This document shows, piece by piece, positions 38,660 through 50,509 of a stretch of 50,509 bases of DNA. The DNA is from Chromera velia. Its lineage: Eukaryota. The notes under the pieces were generated by a model that was not told where the DNA came from, did no database searches, and saw only the letters and a program-made list of their open reading frames with translations. The stretch spans positions 1-50,509 of the forward strand of contig JAHBMJ010000325.1 in NCBI GenBank assembly GCA_018398765.1. The letters run 5' to 3'. Position numbers and translations under genes: made by a program. How positions within the stretch are numbered: position 1 is the first letter of the stretch; every line of letters starts with the position of its first letter.

Positions 38660-39650
38660 TGTGCAAACATATGTAGATCTAGGGGTATAATCCTAATAGT
38701 TTCAAGTTTTTGATTGTAGCTTTACATAAAATACGTGGTGACACGTCTACTTTAGCTGTAAGCAATAACTATAGCTGTACAATTGTGTAAAGTTAAAGAA
38801 ATCTAGAAAGAAATTTGCTTTAAATCAATACTTTAAAACTATAAGTTCTATTATTCTTCCAATTTTTTTAGAAATACTTACAATTGTTGTTAAAAGTTGT
38901 TAAGATATGTTGATTCAGATCAAAAAAGTAAAACATGAGTCACATGATCAGTGGGATAACTCAAACCTAATTTTACTAATGATTATTGATTATATAGTAG
39001 TTATTTATAAAATAATAATAACTTGGATCATAAATAAAAATACGTTTCACAAGCCCTAGGGGGCTTAATCAAAGTTTTAAAACACTTTGTTTTAAGAACT
39101 TTGATTCGTTTTTCACCTAAAAACACCTCATAAATCTGATGAAATTTAATGGTAAAATTGAGGGTTTTGCATAATTATTATTGCTCATTACCGGTTTCGG
39201 ATAATAATTATTGCTATTATCTAAATAATGGCCTTATTACAATAATCATTATATGAGTTATCTCACTGTTGTGTGTGAACGGAATTTTTCTTAAATAGAA
39301 ACGTATACTATAAAAACAAAGTTGCCTTATCCGTTACCACCAAACGCTAGAACTAGCCTGGAAGCCTATGAATAAGCCGATCGCAATGGCATATAAAGAT
39401 ACTATGATGAACTAAAGTACTCCAGTTTACAGGATCTATACAGCACGTAATGATCTGTTTAATAACTTATAGCCTAGTAGTACTTAACCTAGCGTAGCTC
39501 CAGCTAGCCTTAGAGCTAGCCTTTACTATACGATCTATAGACAAATCAATCCTGAGATAAAACCCATCATAAGAGTATACACACTTCAATGCGTTTGCTC
39601 CCTGTTTCCTGTAACCCCCATAATTTTGAATAATTGCAACACACCAACGC
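38660..39650. other. AT/TpA-rich intergenic island 4
   Basis: Composition shift between convergent genes, no ORF in the track, contains the CAGTG inverted-repeat element. Confidence 0.75.
38949..39268. mobile_element. Degenerate foldback/MITE-like element of 320 bp with CAGTG termini
   Basis: CAGTGGGATAACTCA (38949-38963) matches the reverse complement of TGAGTTATCTCACTG (39254-39268) at 14/15. Inverted similarity continues inward (TAATGATTATTG / CAATAATCATTA). Internal hairpin at 39067-39106. Confidence 0.6.
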
Positions 39651-42148
39651 CGCCAACATACTCTGTAGTGCTCTGAAGCTCTAACTCACCAGTATTCTCG
39701 CTCTACAGCCGTGCGGCTGTTCTAGCTGAGGAGCTGTGCAGCTAGGCTGTGCATACCAATCCTGCAAGTTGAGGAACATTTCCTGAGTCCAATTGAGACC
39801 GTGCTCAATCCCTTTTTTCGATCTTCGATCTTTACCGCAAACGCAGAAACACGTAGGTCCCGGCAGGTGGACCAACCAACAAATCAGCCATTGATCAGCC
39901 GCAGATCGAATCACCCTCTCTCTGGCCTCCACGAGTCCCTTTTCAACGAGAGAAACCACACCGGAGAAAGTGAACATCTGTCTGCCTCCTTCCTTTCTCT
40001 CCCTTTCAAGGATGTCTCCCCTCCCTCTGCGCAAAATATAGGAAAGTCTCTTTTCCGGCTCCGCGCTTCTGACACCGGCACGAAGTTAAGACCCGCAACG
40101 AGCCTTCAATCCTCCCCTCCCCTCTCTTGCTCTCTCTTCTCTACAACGACTGGCTCAGGGTGAACATTCGCTCGGCGTGCGTCAAAGGGTCCGTACCTTT
40201 GGCAAAGTTTTTGTGTTTTATTTCCTTTTCTCTCTACGTCCCCTCTTCCCTTTATTTGGTCAAGACCGCTGAGGAGGCCCTCTCTCTGCTCGGTCGGAGA
40301 GGAAAAACAGATGTTTACTTACCACGGTCGGCGGTTGCTCTCCGACAGCCCCAGCGAAATTCCTTCACCTCCTCCCCCCCCGTCATTCCCCTCCCTTCTC
40401 CTCTGCAAATTTTCAACCTCACGACTCCGTTCTGATTTGCCTGGCACGCCCACCTCAAAGCTTGCTTCAACGAATCAATCAATCAATCAAGCAACTGATC
40501 GAAGCCTGAAGGGGAAGAGAAGGGAGGAGAAGACAGGGTGGCGCAGATATCGAAAGTCACTGTCGTCACAGTGCAACCCCGCCGAATGCACCCCTCCTCT
40601 CCTCTCCCCTCCGCTGAGGGTCTCTCTCCACAGAAAAAACTTCTTCCTTTTCCGCCCTGCCCTTGCATTCCTGCCAGTGCAGCCCAAATCTCATTATTTT
40701 CTGCATCGGCAAAAGCCGACCTCTGTGCGCTCACTGCAGTGGCAGGAAACCAGAAAGAAAATTCCTCAGGAAGGAATTCCCTCCCTCCCTCCGTCGCACA
40801 GCACTCATTAGACAAGACAGGCTGCAGAACCATCTTTCTTTCCTGTCCACCCACCCGTACAGGCAGGGAGGCGAACACAGAAAGAGTCTCCTCAAAAGAG
40901 AGACAACAATGCCCCCCCCCCACCTCCTCGCGAGAATCAGACAGGGTGGCCGAAGCGAGTCGAGGAAAAGAGAGACGGCAGGCAACTCACAGAAGGGAGG
41001 AGAGCCTCCCCCCCTCCTGAAGGCAGACATTCACTGACGGACGAAGCCAATCAATCGAAAAGTCTCCCCACCCCCCCACCCACTCAACTCTCAGATGCGT
41101 GCCTGCCCTCTTTCTTCTTTCTCTCTTCCTTCAATTGATGAAGAGAGAGAGAGAGAAGAACCCAGAAGGGCAGACAAGAGAAGACAAGCAGCTGGCTGCA
41201 TGGTCTGACTGCACGACCCGATAAAGGGGACAAGCTCCCGCCCACGTGCTGCTTTGGGGGAATTCCGGAAACGTGTCTCGGATGTCTTGCCGACAGCCAG
41301 AGAGAGAGAGAGAGAGAGAAATCAGAGGGGGTGACGGATGGAATGAGCGAACGAAGGAGAGCACAAATACGGGGGGGCAACAAAAAAGCTGAAAATCCGA
41401 ATTCAGCCAGTCAGTCAATCAGTCAGGCAGGCAGACAATCTGAAGTCTCTCACAGCTATCCGGTCGTTCTGCGCACTTTCGGTCTGCGCCAGCACTGGTC
41501 CATGGGTGGAGGAGCAGGGCTAATGATGTTATGCCTCTTCGTTTCTCTTCTCTTCTCTCCAAAGTGTCAACGAACCGATCGATCGATCGATCGACTCAAA
41601 ATGAGTCCGTCACCTGCATGATCTCCGACCGACAACACTTCTCGTCTCTTCTCTTCTCTTCTCCTCTCCACCCCACTCCTCTCTGGAAAATATGCCAAGT
41701 TTCCCTTCTCTCCCTCTCTCTCTCTCACACCTACCTACCTACCTACCTACCTACCTACAGAGAGAGAGGGCTCTCTCACATACCTAATTCTGAATGAGTC
41801 TGCGTGACGATCCGAAGACCGAAAGTGCACTTGTGTGTTTGTCTGCCTGCCCGTTAATTGCACGCAGAGACCCCCGCTCAATCCAGCTAGGCTCTGCCTG
41901 CCTGCCTGCCTGCCTGCCTGCACCAACCACCCAAATGCTCCCCTTCTTCGTGCCCGCCCAGCAAGCAAGTCACTCACCAACACCCCGCGGGCTTGCTTTT
42001 GCTGGCTCCCCCCTTCCTTCCCTCCCACCAGCAATCCCATGAATCCAACGAGTCCCCCACCCCCCTGCGCAAAACCAAGCCTGCCCGCAGCCTCCGTCTC
42101 TCAGTGGAGCTGCCCCCCACCCCAACTCCTCTTCTTTCTTTTGAAAAA

Positions 42149-42893
42149 TCACCCCCCCCCTTTTCCTTTCTTCTCTTTCTCCGCCGCCCTCTCCTGTTCC
42201 TGGAGCGCCCGGGCTGCAAGAGCTGCCTCGACCTGCACTCACTCACTCCCTTTCGCATCCATTCATTCAGTCGATTCACTAGTCAAAACACTTCTGCATG
42301 CATGCATGCACGTTCGGCCGAAACGCAGCAGGAACAGGACGGCGCACGTTGCGGCATGCGGGGCTTTCCCCTACCAGCCTGTTTGCCTCTTCATACATCG
42401 GCCGGGGCATGGGGAGATGGAATGAAGACGCAGGAAGGAAGAAAGGAAGGAATCAGAGGGCGCACGTGCGCTCCGGAGGGAGGAAGGGAGAGACCTTTCC
42501 AAGAGCAGGAGAAAAAAGAAGAAGAGGAAAGAAAGAAAAGAGCCCATGCGTCCCGAAATCCACTGCAGTCTGAGCATAAGGAGTGAGCAGAGCAAAAAAA
42601 AAGGAAGGAAAACGCAGCGGGAGATAAAGAAGGAAGACGAACGAAGCAGCTCAGCAAGAGCGAGCAGAGATTCCAAAAATAACGTGAAAGGCAGCCACTG
42701 CCAGGAGGGACGTACACAAACAGAACAATGAACCAAAAAATTCTTCTTGAGGAATGTTGAAGGCCAAAAAACAGGCTCTTCTTTTCTGCTTTTCCCACCA
42801 CGCACCTGTGTTGGACTCATTTCGATCGTGTTCAATTTCTTCAACTCCGTTTTATGGCTGAACCCCAATTCCTCGGCAAAGAACCTGATCATG

Positions 42894-42928
<35 letters not shown>

Positions 42929-45900
42929 CAGTACGGACGCAGGCACAAACAGAGAGGTAGCGTGAGTGCCAGACGTGTCCGCGGCGTATCACACAGAACG
43001 GGACATTCCCCTTCTCTCAGCACCGTCCCTTCACTCATGGGAAAACAGGGTTGGTGGGTGGGTGGGTGTCTGAATGGGGAAGGCAAAGGAAGGGAACCGA
43101 TGACTGACAGGAGGGACATGGGGCGACGGAAGGAATGTCGCATTTCCTACTCATGTGCAGACGCCCCCCCCAATCTCTTTAGAGCCATAAAAAGAGGCTG
43201 AGTACGACAGAGAGAGGTGATAAGAACACAAAAAAGGAAAGCGGACCAGATGAGACGGGGTAAACAAACGAAAGCGGGCGTCCGCCAGCGGAAGACAAAA
43301 CGAAGGACGCGAGAGCAAAATTTACAGGCAGAACCGCTAACTTGATTGAAAAACCACAAAACTGAAAAACATATCAGCGATCAGGCTGATAATTTCGTGC
43401 AGAACATGAGGAAAAGAAAAACACGGCGGAGAAGAAAAAAAAAAAGAAAAAAAGAAAACAGATAGAGGGGTGAGAGAGAAGAGACTGACCAAACCATGTC
43501 CGAGAGCGTCAGCATTCCTGCACGGGCATACAGAGAAGGGGAGAGAGGAAGGAAGGGTGCATTAAGGGTGAGTAAGAGTTCGACACAAAGAGAACAGAAA
43601 GCCACTCAACGAACCACAGGGCCGTTCAAACAGACGGGAATGACCAGAGAGAGAGATTCTGATTAGAGAGGCGCAAAAAAAAGGGGCGAGAAGGCCGCTT
43701 GAATTAGTGAGAAAGAAAGTACACGCGGTTGTGTTGTGTGTTTACATGCACCTTCCCTCCCTGTCCCTTTCCAGAGCCCCTGCTGTCTGCGGCCCTTCAC
43801 AGAGACATGCCGATGTATCCAAATATTCACACATAAATAAATACTGGGGTGGTGTCTGTATGAATGGATGCAAGTGAGTGGAGTGGGAAACCAGAAACGA
43901 TCGGATGCTTTGGATTTCAATTTCGCCCTGCAGGCCCGATCGAAGATCCCCTCTCTACCAAAGTCTGCAGACCTGCTCCTGCACAGAAAGAAACATACGG
44001 CTTCGTGTATATGCACACACAGGACTTCTCATACACGGATACACCCATACATGTATGTACCCACCCACCCACGAACCCTCAATTTTGCCGGCAGCCGATG
44101 TGACAAAGATTCGCTCCTTCCTGGGAGAGCAAATGGCCTCGACCATATCGTGGAGAGAGGCAGAGGAGGCGAGGATGGAAAACGGTTGGCGGGGCCTGAA
44201 GTGGTTCGCTGCCAGGAAGTCGACGTACCGTCTCTGCGTGCGTCAATACATTCATTGATTCAAATTGAGGTCCATGTTCTTTCCAACAGAGGTTGAATGG
44301 GTAGGTCGACTCAAGAGAGAAACCTGTCCGGCTGGAGGAAGGGAGAGACTGGCAGCAAAAAAAAAATCACACACGCGGCTTGTCTCTCGCATGCCTCTCC
44401 TCTCTTTCTGTCGTCAGCAACAAAAAGAAAGGAGAGGCAGGCCGTCGATCGTCCGAATCACCTGCTGGGGTGAGAGGGACAGACAGAGGAAGGTTGAAGG
44501 GCTCTGAAGGTCGAAAGCAGAAGGGAAGAGATGAGTGAAGAAAGAAGGAATCGCCAAAGGAAGGCATCGATGGAGCAGAAGGAATCGAGGCAGGACAGGT
44601 ATCGCAGCCTCTTCACATCCACAACTCAAGTTCCCTCTCCAAGAGATTCTCTCCCGCCCTCCAAACGCCCCCCTTTCATTCAGACTCACCACAGGCTGAT
44701 TGATCGTGTCGTTCTCTGCGAGCGCCTCCCTGTCCATGTAGAACAGCGCCTGCACGCACATAACCTCTCGCACATGCAGTCGTCAGTCAACGCTCCCAAA
44801 CTCCACGCATCTTTGCTTGTTCAAAAGAACACGTTTCTGAGCCTGCCTATCTTAATCTGATCTGGTGCACCGTCTGTCTGGAAGGAGAGCAGCCTTTCTG
44901 TTGGATGTTCTTGCGCCAACATGCATTCTCGGGCAGTGCGGCGACAAATTCGTGGACAGACACCCCATCCCCGCTCCCGCCAATTCACATCCTTGCAAGA
45001 AAGAACTCATATGCCTAAAAGAAACGCATTCGACGACGCAGACAGGAATATCAACTTTGGGTGCATGGGTTTCCTCTCACGTAGCTGTCACAACAACATT
45101 CCCTTTCGGGGCCTTGATGGAGAGCTACACTCACTTTTGTATTTGATGAGTTCATACGATCGAACAGCACGACTGACTCTCTTAGGAACACAAACAGACA
45201 ACAGAAGACAAGAACCACCGGACTCTCCCCACTGACCGATACGTCTCGAACAGTGACAATCTGCACGACTTTATCCACATCCTTTTCGCTCGCAATGGGG
45301 ACTGCCGAAAAATTTTGCCTCTCCATCAACGCGACTGCCTTCAGGAGGGAATCACACTCCAACAGCGAGACAGGCATCTTCTTTCGAGCCAGAAGTTTCC
45401 GCTTCTGCACGTACGCATGCAGGCAGGCAGGATCTGCATGTCGTCGTTCAGGCCGATGGGAGAGGACCTGGGCTCTGGCCAACCAACCCATGCCATGCAT
45501 GGAAGATGTGACTGGAAAGGGAAGAAGTGGTCTGGGAAGACTTCGGCAAATCTCTTCACTCCAGCACGCGGGCGGGTTCCTGTAACGTCATACACGCTAT
45601 GCAAGCACTCCCTCAGAAGAGAACCTTTCCTCCCTGATGGATAAGAAAGAGCAGATTCACTTACACAGCTAGATCAAAACGATATGTGCGTGCATGTGCC
45701 CGGAAGGAAGAAATAGCATTCCGAACAAAGACCCAACAGGTCCTCTTTTCCTCTCTTTGAGGACCGGTCTTTCTCTCTTTCTGTTTTGCTTGCTTGCTCT
45801 CGCTACCTCTCTCTCCGTCCCTTCCCTTCTTCCTTCTTTCTTTCCTTCCTTCCACGCTGCTTGTTCGTTCCCTCTCTCTGTTTCCGCGAAAGCGCACAAA

Positions 45901-46266
45901 TCCACAGGTGAGCATATCTCCAGTTCGACTGAAAGAAAGAAAGGAAGATGCACAGACAGACAGAAAGACAGACAGAAAGAGTGAATGCTTGCCTGAGAAT
46001 CCTGAATCCTGTCAAGAAGCCCGGTTCTCTGCATCAACCTCAACACATCGACTGCCGAGACCACCCTCTTCAGCTCTTTGTTCTCGAACAGGGGTCTGCA
46101 TGCATGCATGCACACACAAAGCGGTAGGCACGCCCAAACAACAGCGCAATGATAACAATGCTTTAACTTTGACACCCACACCCACCCACACACCCACACA
46201 CACACACACACACACACACCCACACACACACACCCACACACACACACACACACACCCACACACACA

Positions 46267-46339
<73 letters not shown>

Positions 46340-49068
46340 TAACTCCCCGACCCACCAAAAAAAAGACAGTTTGAACGCTGTGAGTGTCATGACGAACGCT
46401 TTTCTTCCACAAACCAGCTGAATGAATCAAAGAATGAAAGGGTCAAAGCGCTTTTCCTCTCTGCTTACACATTCGATCACTCATCTCCAACAGACGCACA
46501 GGCTATTCACACAGGCTCGCGCGATGCACAGGCAGAGAGACAAACAGACAAACGGACCGACTAGTTGTTTCTTCTTCTCCCTTCATTTCTGCATCTACAC
46601 AACACACACAAAAAAAGAAAGAAAGAAAGAAAGAAAGAAAGACAAGAGAACAGAACAAACAACTAAACAACGAGGACAGACAGACAGACAGACAGACAGA
46701 CTGACACATCTGTGCACGTTTTGAAGGCCTCAAAGATCTGCACCAGTGTGTCGTTCGAGCTGTGGCCCTTGAAGGGCGTGCGGCCCGCCTCATCTGCACA
46801 CATGAAAGATGGTACGCAGAGGAAAGAAGAGATGGTACGCAGATCCAGGGAGGGAGGGAGGGAGGGAGGGAACACATTGAAGTGGAGGCAAATGAGCTGC
46901 ATGGATGAACGGATAATGGACGCAAGGGATGACACACACAGAAACAAGGATGTATGCACACAGAAAAATCTCAGTCAGAAAAGGCAACACACACGGACTG
47001 CATGAGTGTCTTTTCGCCTCCTTCTTTACGGACCGACCAAGGGAATGAAAGATCGACGCATACGCAGCGACAAATAAGAAGAGCCACACAGACCGGCACA
47101 CACATACCCAAAGCCAGAGCGCGCGCACGAGAGATAGAGAGAATAGAAGCGGAGGGGGAGAGGCGAGGGAGGGGATCGTCTTCTCTTTTCCTTTCTCTCT
47201 TTCTTCCTTCTCTTCTGTTTTTTTTCAGACAGACAGACGGACAGACAGATAGACAGAAACCAAAAAGTCGAACACAGAGGAGAGGAAGCCAAAAACAGAA
47301 ACAGGTACGCATAGGATTCGAGAACAGACCAAAAAAAACAGAAGACTGACTGACTTGCGACACTTGATGCCTTCATGTTTGAGACCATCTCGAGGACCTC
47401 TACCCACGTCTGCGGTTTGTTCGTTCATTCGTGCGTTTGCTTGTTTTTCGAGAAACACGAAATAGGAGAGACAGTGCAAAACACATGGAACGTACAAAAA
47501 TACAATGTTCAGCATCCGTTTCATCTCGACTAGTCTTCTGTCTTCTCTTATTGATCTCCACGATCGTCCACTTCACACCATGAGGAAAGAAACCACGAAA
47601 GAAAAAATGGAGAAAGAAAGCAAAAAAGAGCAGCCTCAAGATTCCGACCGGAAGAGAAAGAAGAAAAGGAAGGACAAAATTGACCAAAAGAAAAGTACAC
47701 CACACCACAGAAAAATAAAGAAACAAAAGAACGAATGAAGGCAAGCACGCAAAAAACGAACAGACAAAAACAGAAAAGACAGAGCAGACATATTGATGCA
47801 CAACATAACTTTTTGTCTCTCCCTTTGTGTTCCTTTTTTCTCACAAATAAACGAAAAAAAGAAAAAGCACACCGACGACGACCAAAGACGGACACGCAAA
47901 TACAAAGACCATATGTTCTCTTTCCTCTTTCCACAGACAGACATGCAGACAGATAGACTTTGTGGCAGACGGGAAGGTAGACAGAAAGATGGAAGCAGAA
48001 AGAAAAAGAAATACTCCATAGACCGACCTTTGTTTTCCACCTTTTAATTTCCCTCATGGTGCGGTACACCACATCCCGAATGTCCACGAACGAGTGCGTT
48101 GTCCTTCGCCTGCCCCTCCCACAGAGCCCTGAAAGGGCGGAACACGCAGACGAGGAAGAGGACGAAGAAGAGGAAGCACCGCCCGTCCGCGAGTGCAGAG
48201 GCGCTTCCACAACTGCTGTGCGGTGGTGGGGCATGTCTCGTCTGCAACAGTGAAGGAAGGAAAGCCGATGGATGAAAGAAAGAAAGACAGAAAGAAAGAA
48301 AGAAAGAAAAAAAGAAAGAAAGAAACAAATGCAAAGAAAGCTTTGAGAAACACTGGTCGAAAGCACGAGATCCTTATAGTTGCTGTCGTGAGGTCCATGT
48401 GCATTGTCCTGTCGTGGATGGTCTTCTGCCCGTTCACAACGCAGATCCATGCACAGCTTTAACCCAATTATGTCAGCGCCCGTTCATATGTGGATACGAA
48501 CGAATCGGTTGGCAGGCTTCTGTGAGATGGAGAGAGAACCGTGCTCCACTTACAGATGCTCGAGGGTCGTGTTCTGAGTGGATACTTACATGAAATTATA
48601 CAAGTGTGTTCCATAGATGTGTGTCCCATGCACACAAAAGCCACTGCCCCCCCCCCGCCCCATGCATGCACCCCACGCACGCACCTACCTGTGCATGTGG
48701 TCGAGGAAGTCCTGTACCGAGTGAGTGCCGTCAAGCTGGAGCACCCCATTATAGGGGTCTAAATGGTGCAGCAGCTGCGAGAAGGTTATGGGGCGATAAG
48801 CACATCCATTGAAGTCACAAATCAGAAACAGACAAACGAACGCACCGACAGCGCACCTACAATTTGTTGTTTTTAGTACTGCTTTTGATCCACGCATCCA
48901 TCCATCCGTCCGTCCAGACTTGGTCTTGCTCCACGCAAGGTGAGCAAGATTGATTCTTTCCTTCTCGTACACGTTCAAAAAGGACACGGCAGGGAACTCC
49001 TCTCTCTCTCTCTAGCACACACACATACACACACGCACACACGTACACACACGCACGCACACCACGCA

Positions 49069-49114
<46 letters not shown>

Positions 49115-49133
49115 CGCACACACACATGCACAC

Positions 49134-49215
<82 letters not shown>

Positions 49216-49684
49216 CCACACATGCACACACTCACACACGCAAGTTCGCACGCTCATATGTGCACAAATTTGCAGCTAGGTCGATCCATGCACTTCTTCA
49301 TTCACTCACTTGTCCTATGCGGGTGAGGAGGAGGTCCGAGAGTTTCTGTGCGTGGATGTCTGGGAGGGAAGTCACGTCACCCGATTCGAAATGAAAAGCG
49401 CTGGGGCTGTTCATCCGGTAGTTGGACGGCAGCTGTGGGGGTTTGTCTTTCTCATTGCCCCCGTTGGTACCCCCTCTTGATTCAGAGTCACCCAGACCAT
49501 CACCGTCCCCACGAGAGACTAGAGACTGCTCGACAGCAGAAGGAACCAAAGAGCCGTCACGGAGGTCTGCGCCCCCCCCCGCGGTCTCCCTGTCCACACC
49601 AGTCTCCTTCCTTGACGGGGGACCTGGTATCTCTAGCCCTGGTGGCACAGCCAGCTCAACAGATCTGGATGATTTCTGGGGCAT
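42149..49684 (-). CDS. Four-CBS-domain protein (AMPK gamma/SNF4-like, divergent), about 498 aa
   Basis: 12 phase-compatible exons: 49684-49310, 48774-48689, 48241-48028, 47409-47355, 46793-46706, 46095-45993, 45404-45237, 44749-44690, 44233-44077, 43517-43490, 42884-42806, 42232-42149. CBS patterns: [86 protein letters not shown]. The 3' end is less certain. Confidence 0.8.
46172..46336. repeat. (CA)n microsatellite in a CBS-gene intron
   Basis: Directly visible. Confidence 0.95.
49000..49240. repeat. Compound (CA)n/(CT)n microsatellite in CBS-gene intron 1
   Basis: Directly visible. Confidence 0.95.
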
Positions 49685-50509
49685 CGATCGTTTCTTTTTT
49701 CGTTAAGTGCTCTCTTTTATCAAGAACGGCTTGTCCGCACAAGTTATGAATTTCGTTGCTCCGTGCACGTCACTTCTCCAACCCGGTGTCAACCGCACGC
49801 CGCCCTTTGAACGAACCTGATCTGTGCAATTCCCTTCTTGTCCTGTCCTGTCCTGTCCTGCGTTCTCTTGAACCTCACCCGCGTTGGCTGCCCGAAAACC
49901 GTGACGTTGATTCTGGTCTCTCTCGGCAGCTGCAGCGATCGAATCTTCACCACAAGCGGGCCCTCGAGATGGAACGATCAGCCGCGTCGAGTGTTACTGG
50001 AAGCAGCCGGGAGGAGAGCAAACGGAATGCTGTGTTGAGGGTCAAGATAGGCGGCAAATACCAATCGAACAATCGCCAGCAAACAAAACAGACCTTGCAG
50101 TACCGCAGTCTCCAAGTGTCCGTCTTAGAAGAGCCGTCCGTCTCAGTCTGTCACACAGTCACCCTTTCTCTCGAACAACAGGCGCCGATGGCTGCACTCA
50201 TAAAAGCCGAAGGGACAAGCGGTATCAGGATGTTTTGTGCACGCCCCTAAGAGAGTGTATATTAATAACAGGCAACAATGCACTGGATATCGAATGGCTA
50301 TCGATATGAGGATTAATAATGTGCATGAAAGAAAAGGAGAGAACGTCTACGTGTGAACAGCTCATGCATCTGACGCAAGCAAGCTTGCGAACGGCCCCGG
50401 AAAGCAAGAAAAATGAGAACTGCATGCACGATTGATGCACGCCGGCCAGCTTCGCGCGCCGACTCCTCCCCCCCCCGCGGGAAAAGCCGCGGAACTCCTC
50501 CCCCCCCCC

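Noticed and set aside
50461..50509. ACTCCTCCCCCCCC direct repeat flanking CCGCGG palindromes
   Set aside because: Low complexity and truncated by the window end, so it cannot be interpreted.

Overview
Eukaryotic, intron-rich genomic DNA with GT-AG introns, microsatellite-filled introns and four N gaps. Its style and gene content suggest a chromerid alveolate such as Chromera velia, which is an inference and not demonstrated. I spliced six protein-coding genes by hand: (1) a probably secreted Cys-rich protein with a polyproline tail (-); (2) a six-blade Kelch protein with very large low-complexity insertions (-); (3) a secreted GDA1/CD39 NTPDase (+); (4) a MAPR/PGRMC-type heme/steroid-binding protein (-); (5) head-to-head with it, a 19-exon, about 1138-aa four-module fusion of soluble fumarate reductase, two cytochrome b5 domains and an acyl-CoA dehydrogenase, ending in a PTS1-like GRM (+); (6) a four-CBS, AMPK-gamma-like protein (-). 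The best candidate for a novel system is gene 5, which may be a single-chain acyl-CoA:fumarate oxidoreductase independent of ETF and O2. Also notable are about 0.9-kb TpA-rich intergenic islands with a RIP-like dinucleotide signature, two MITE-like elements, a 29/30-bp minisatellite, a GC-AG intron and strand-biased (TG)n repeats. I recognised no rRNA, tRNA or CRISPR array.
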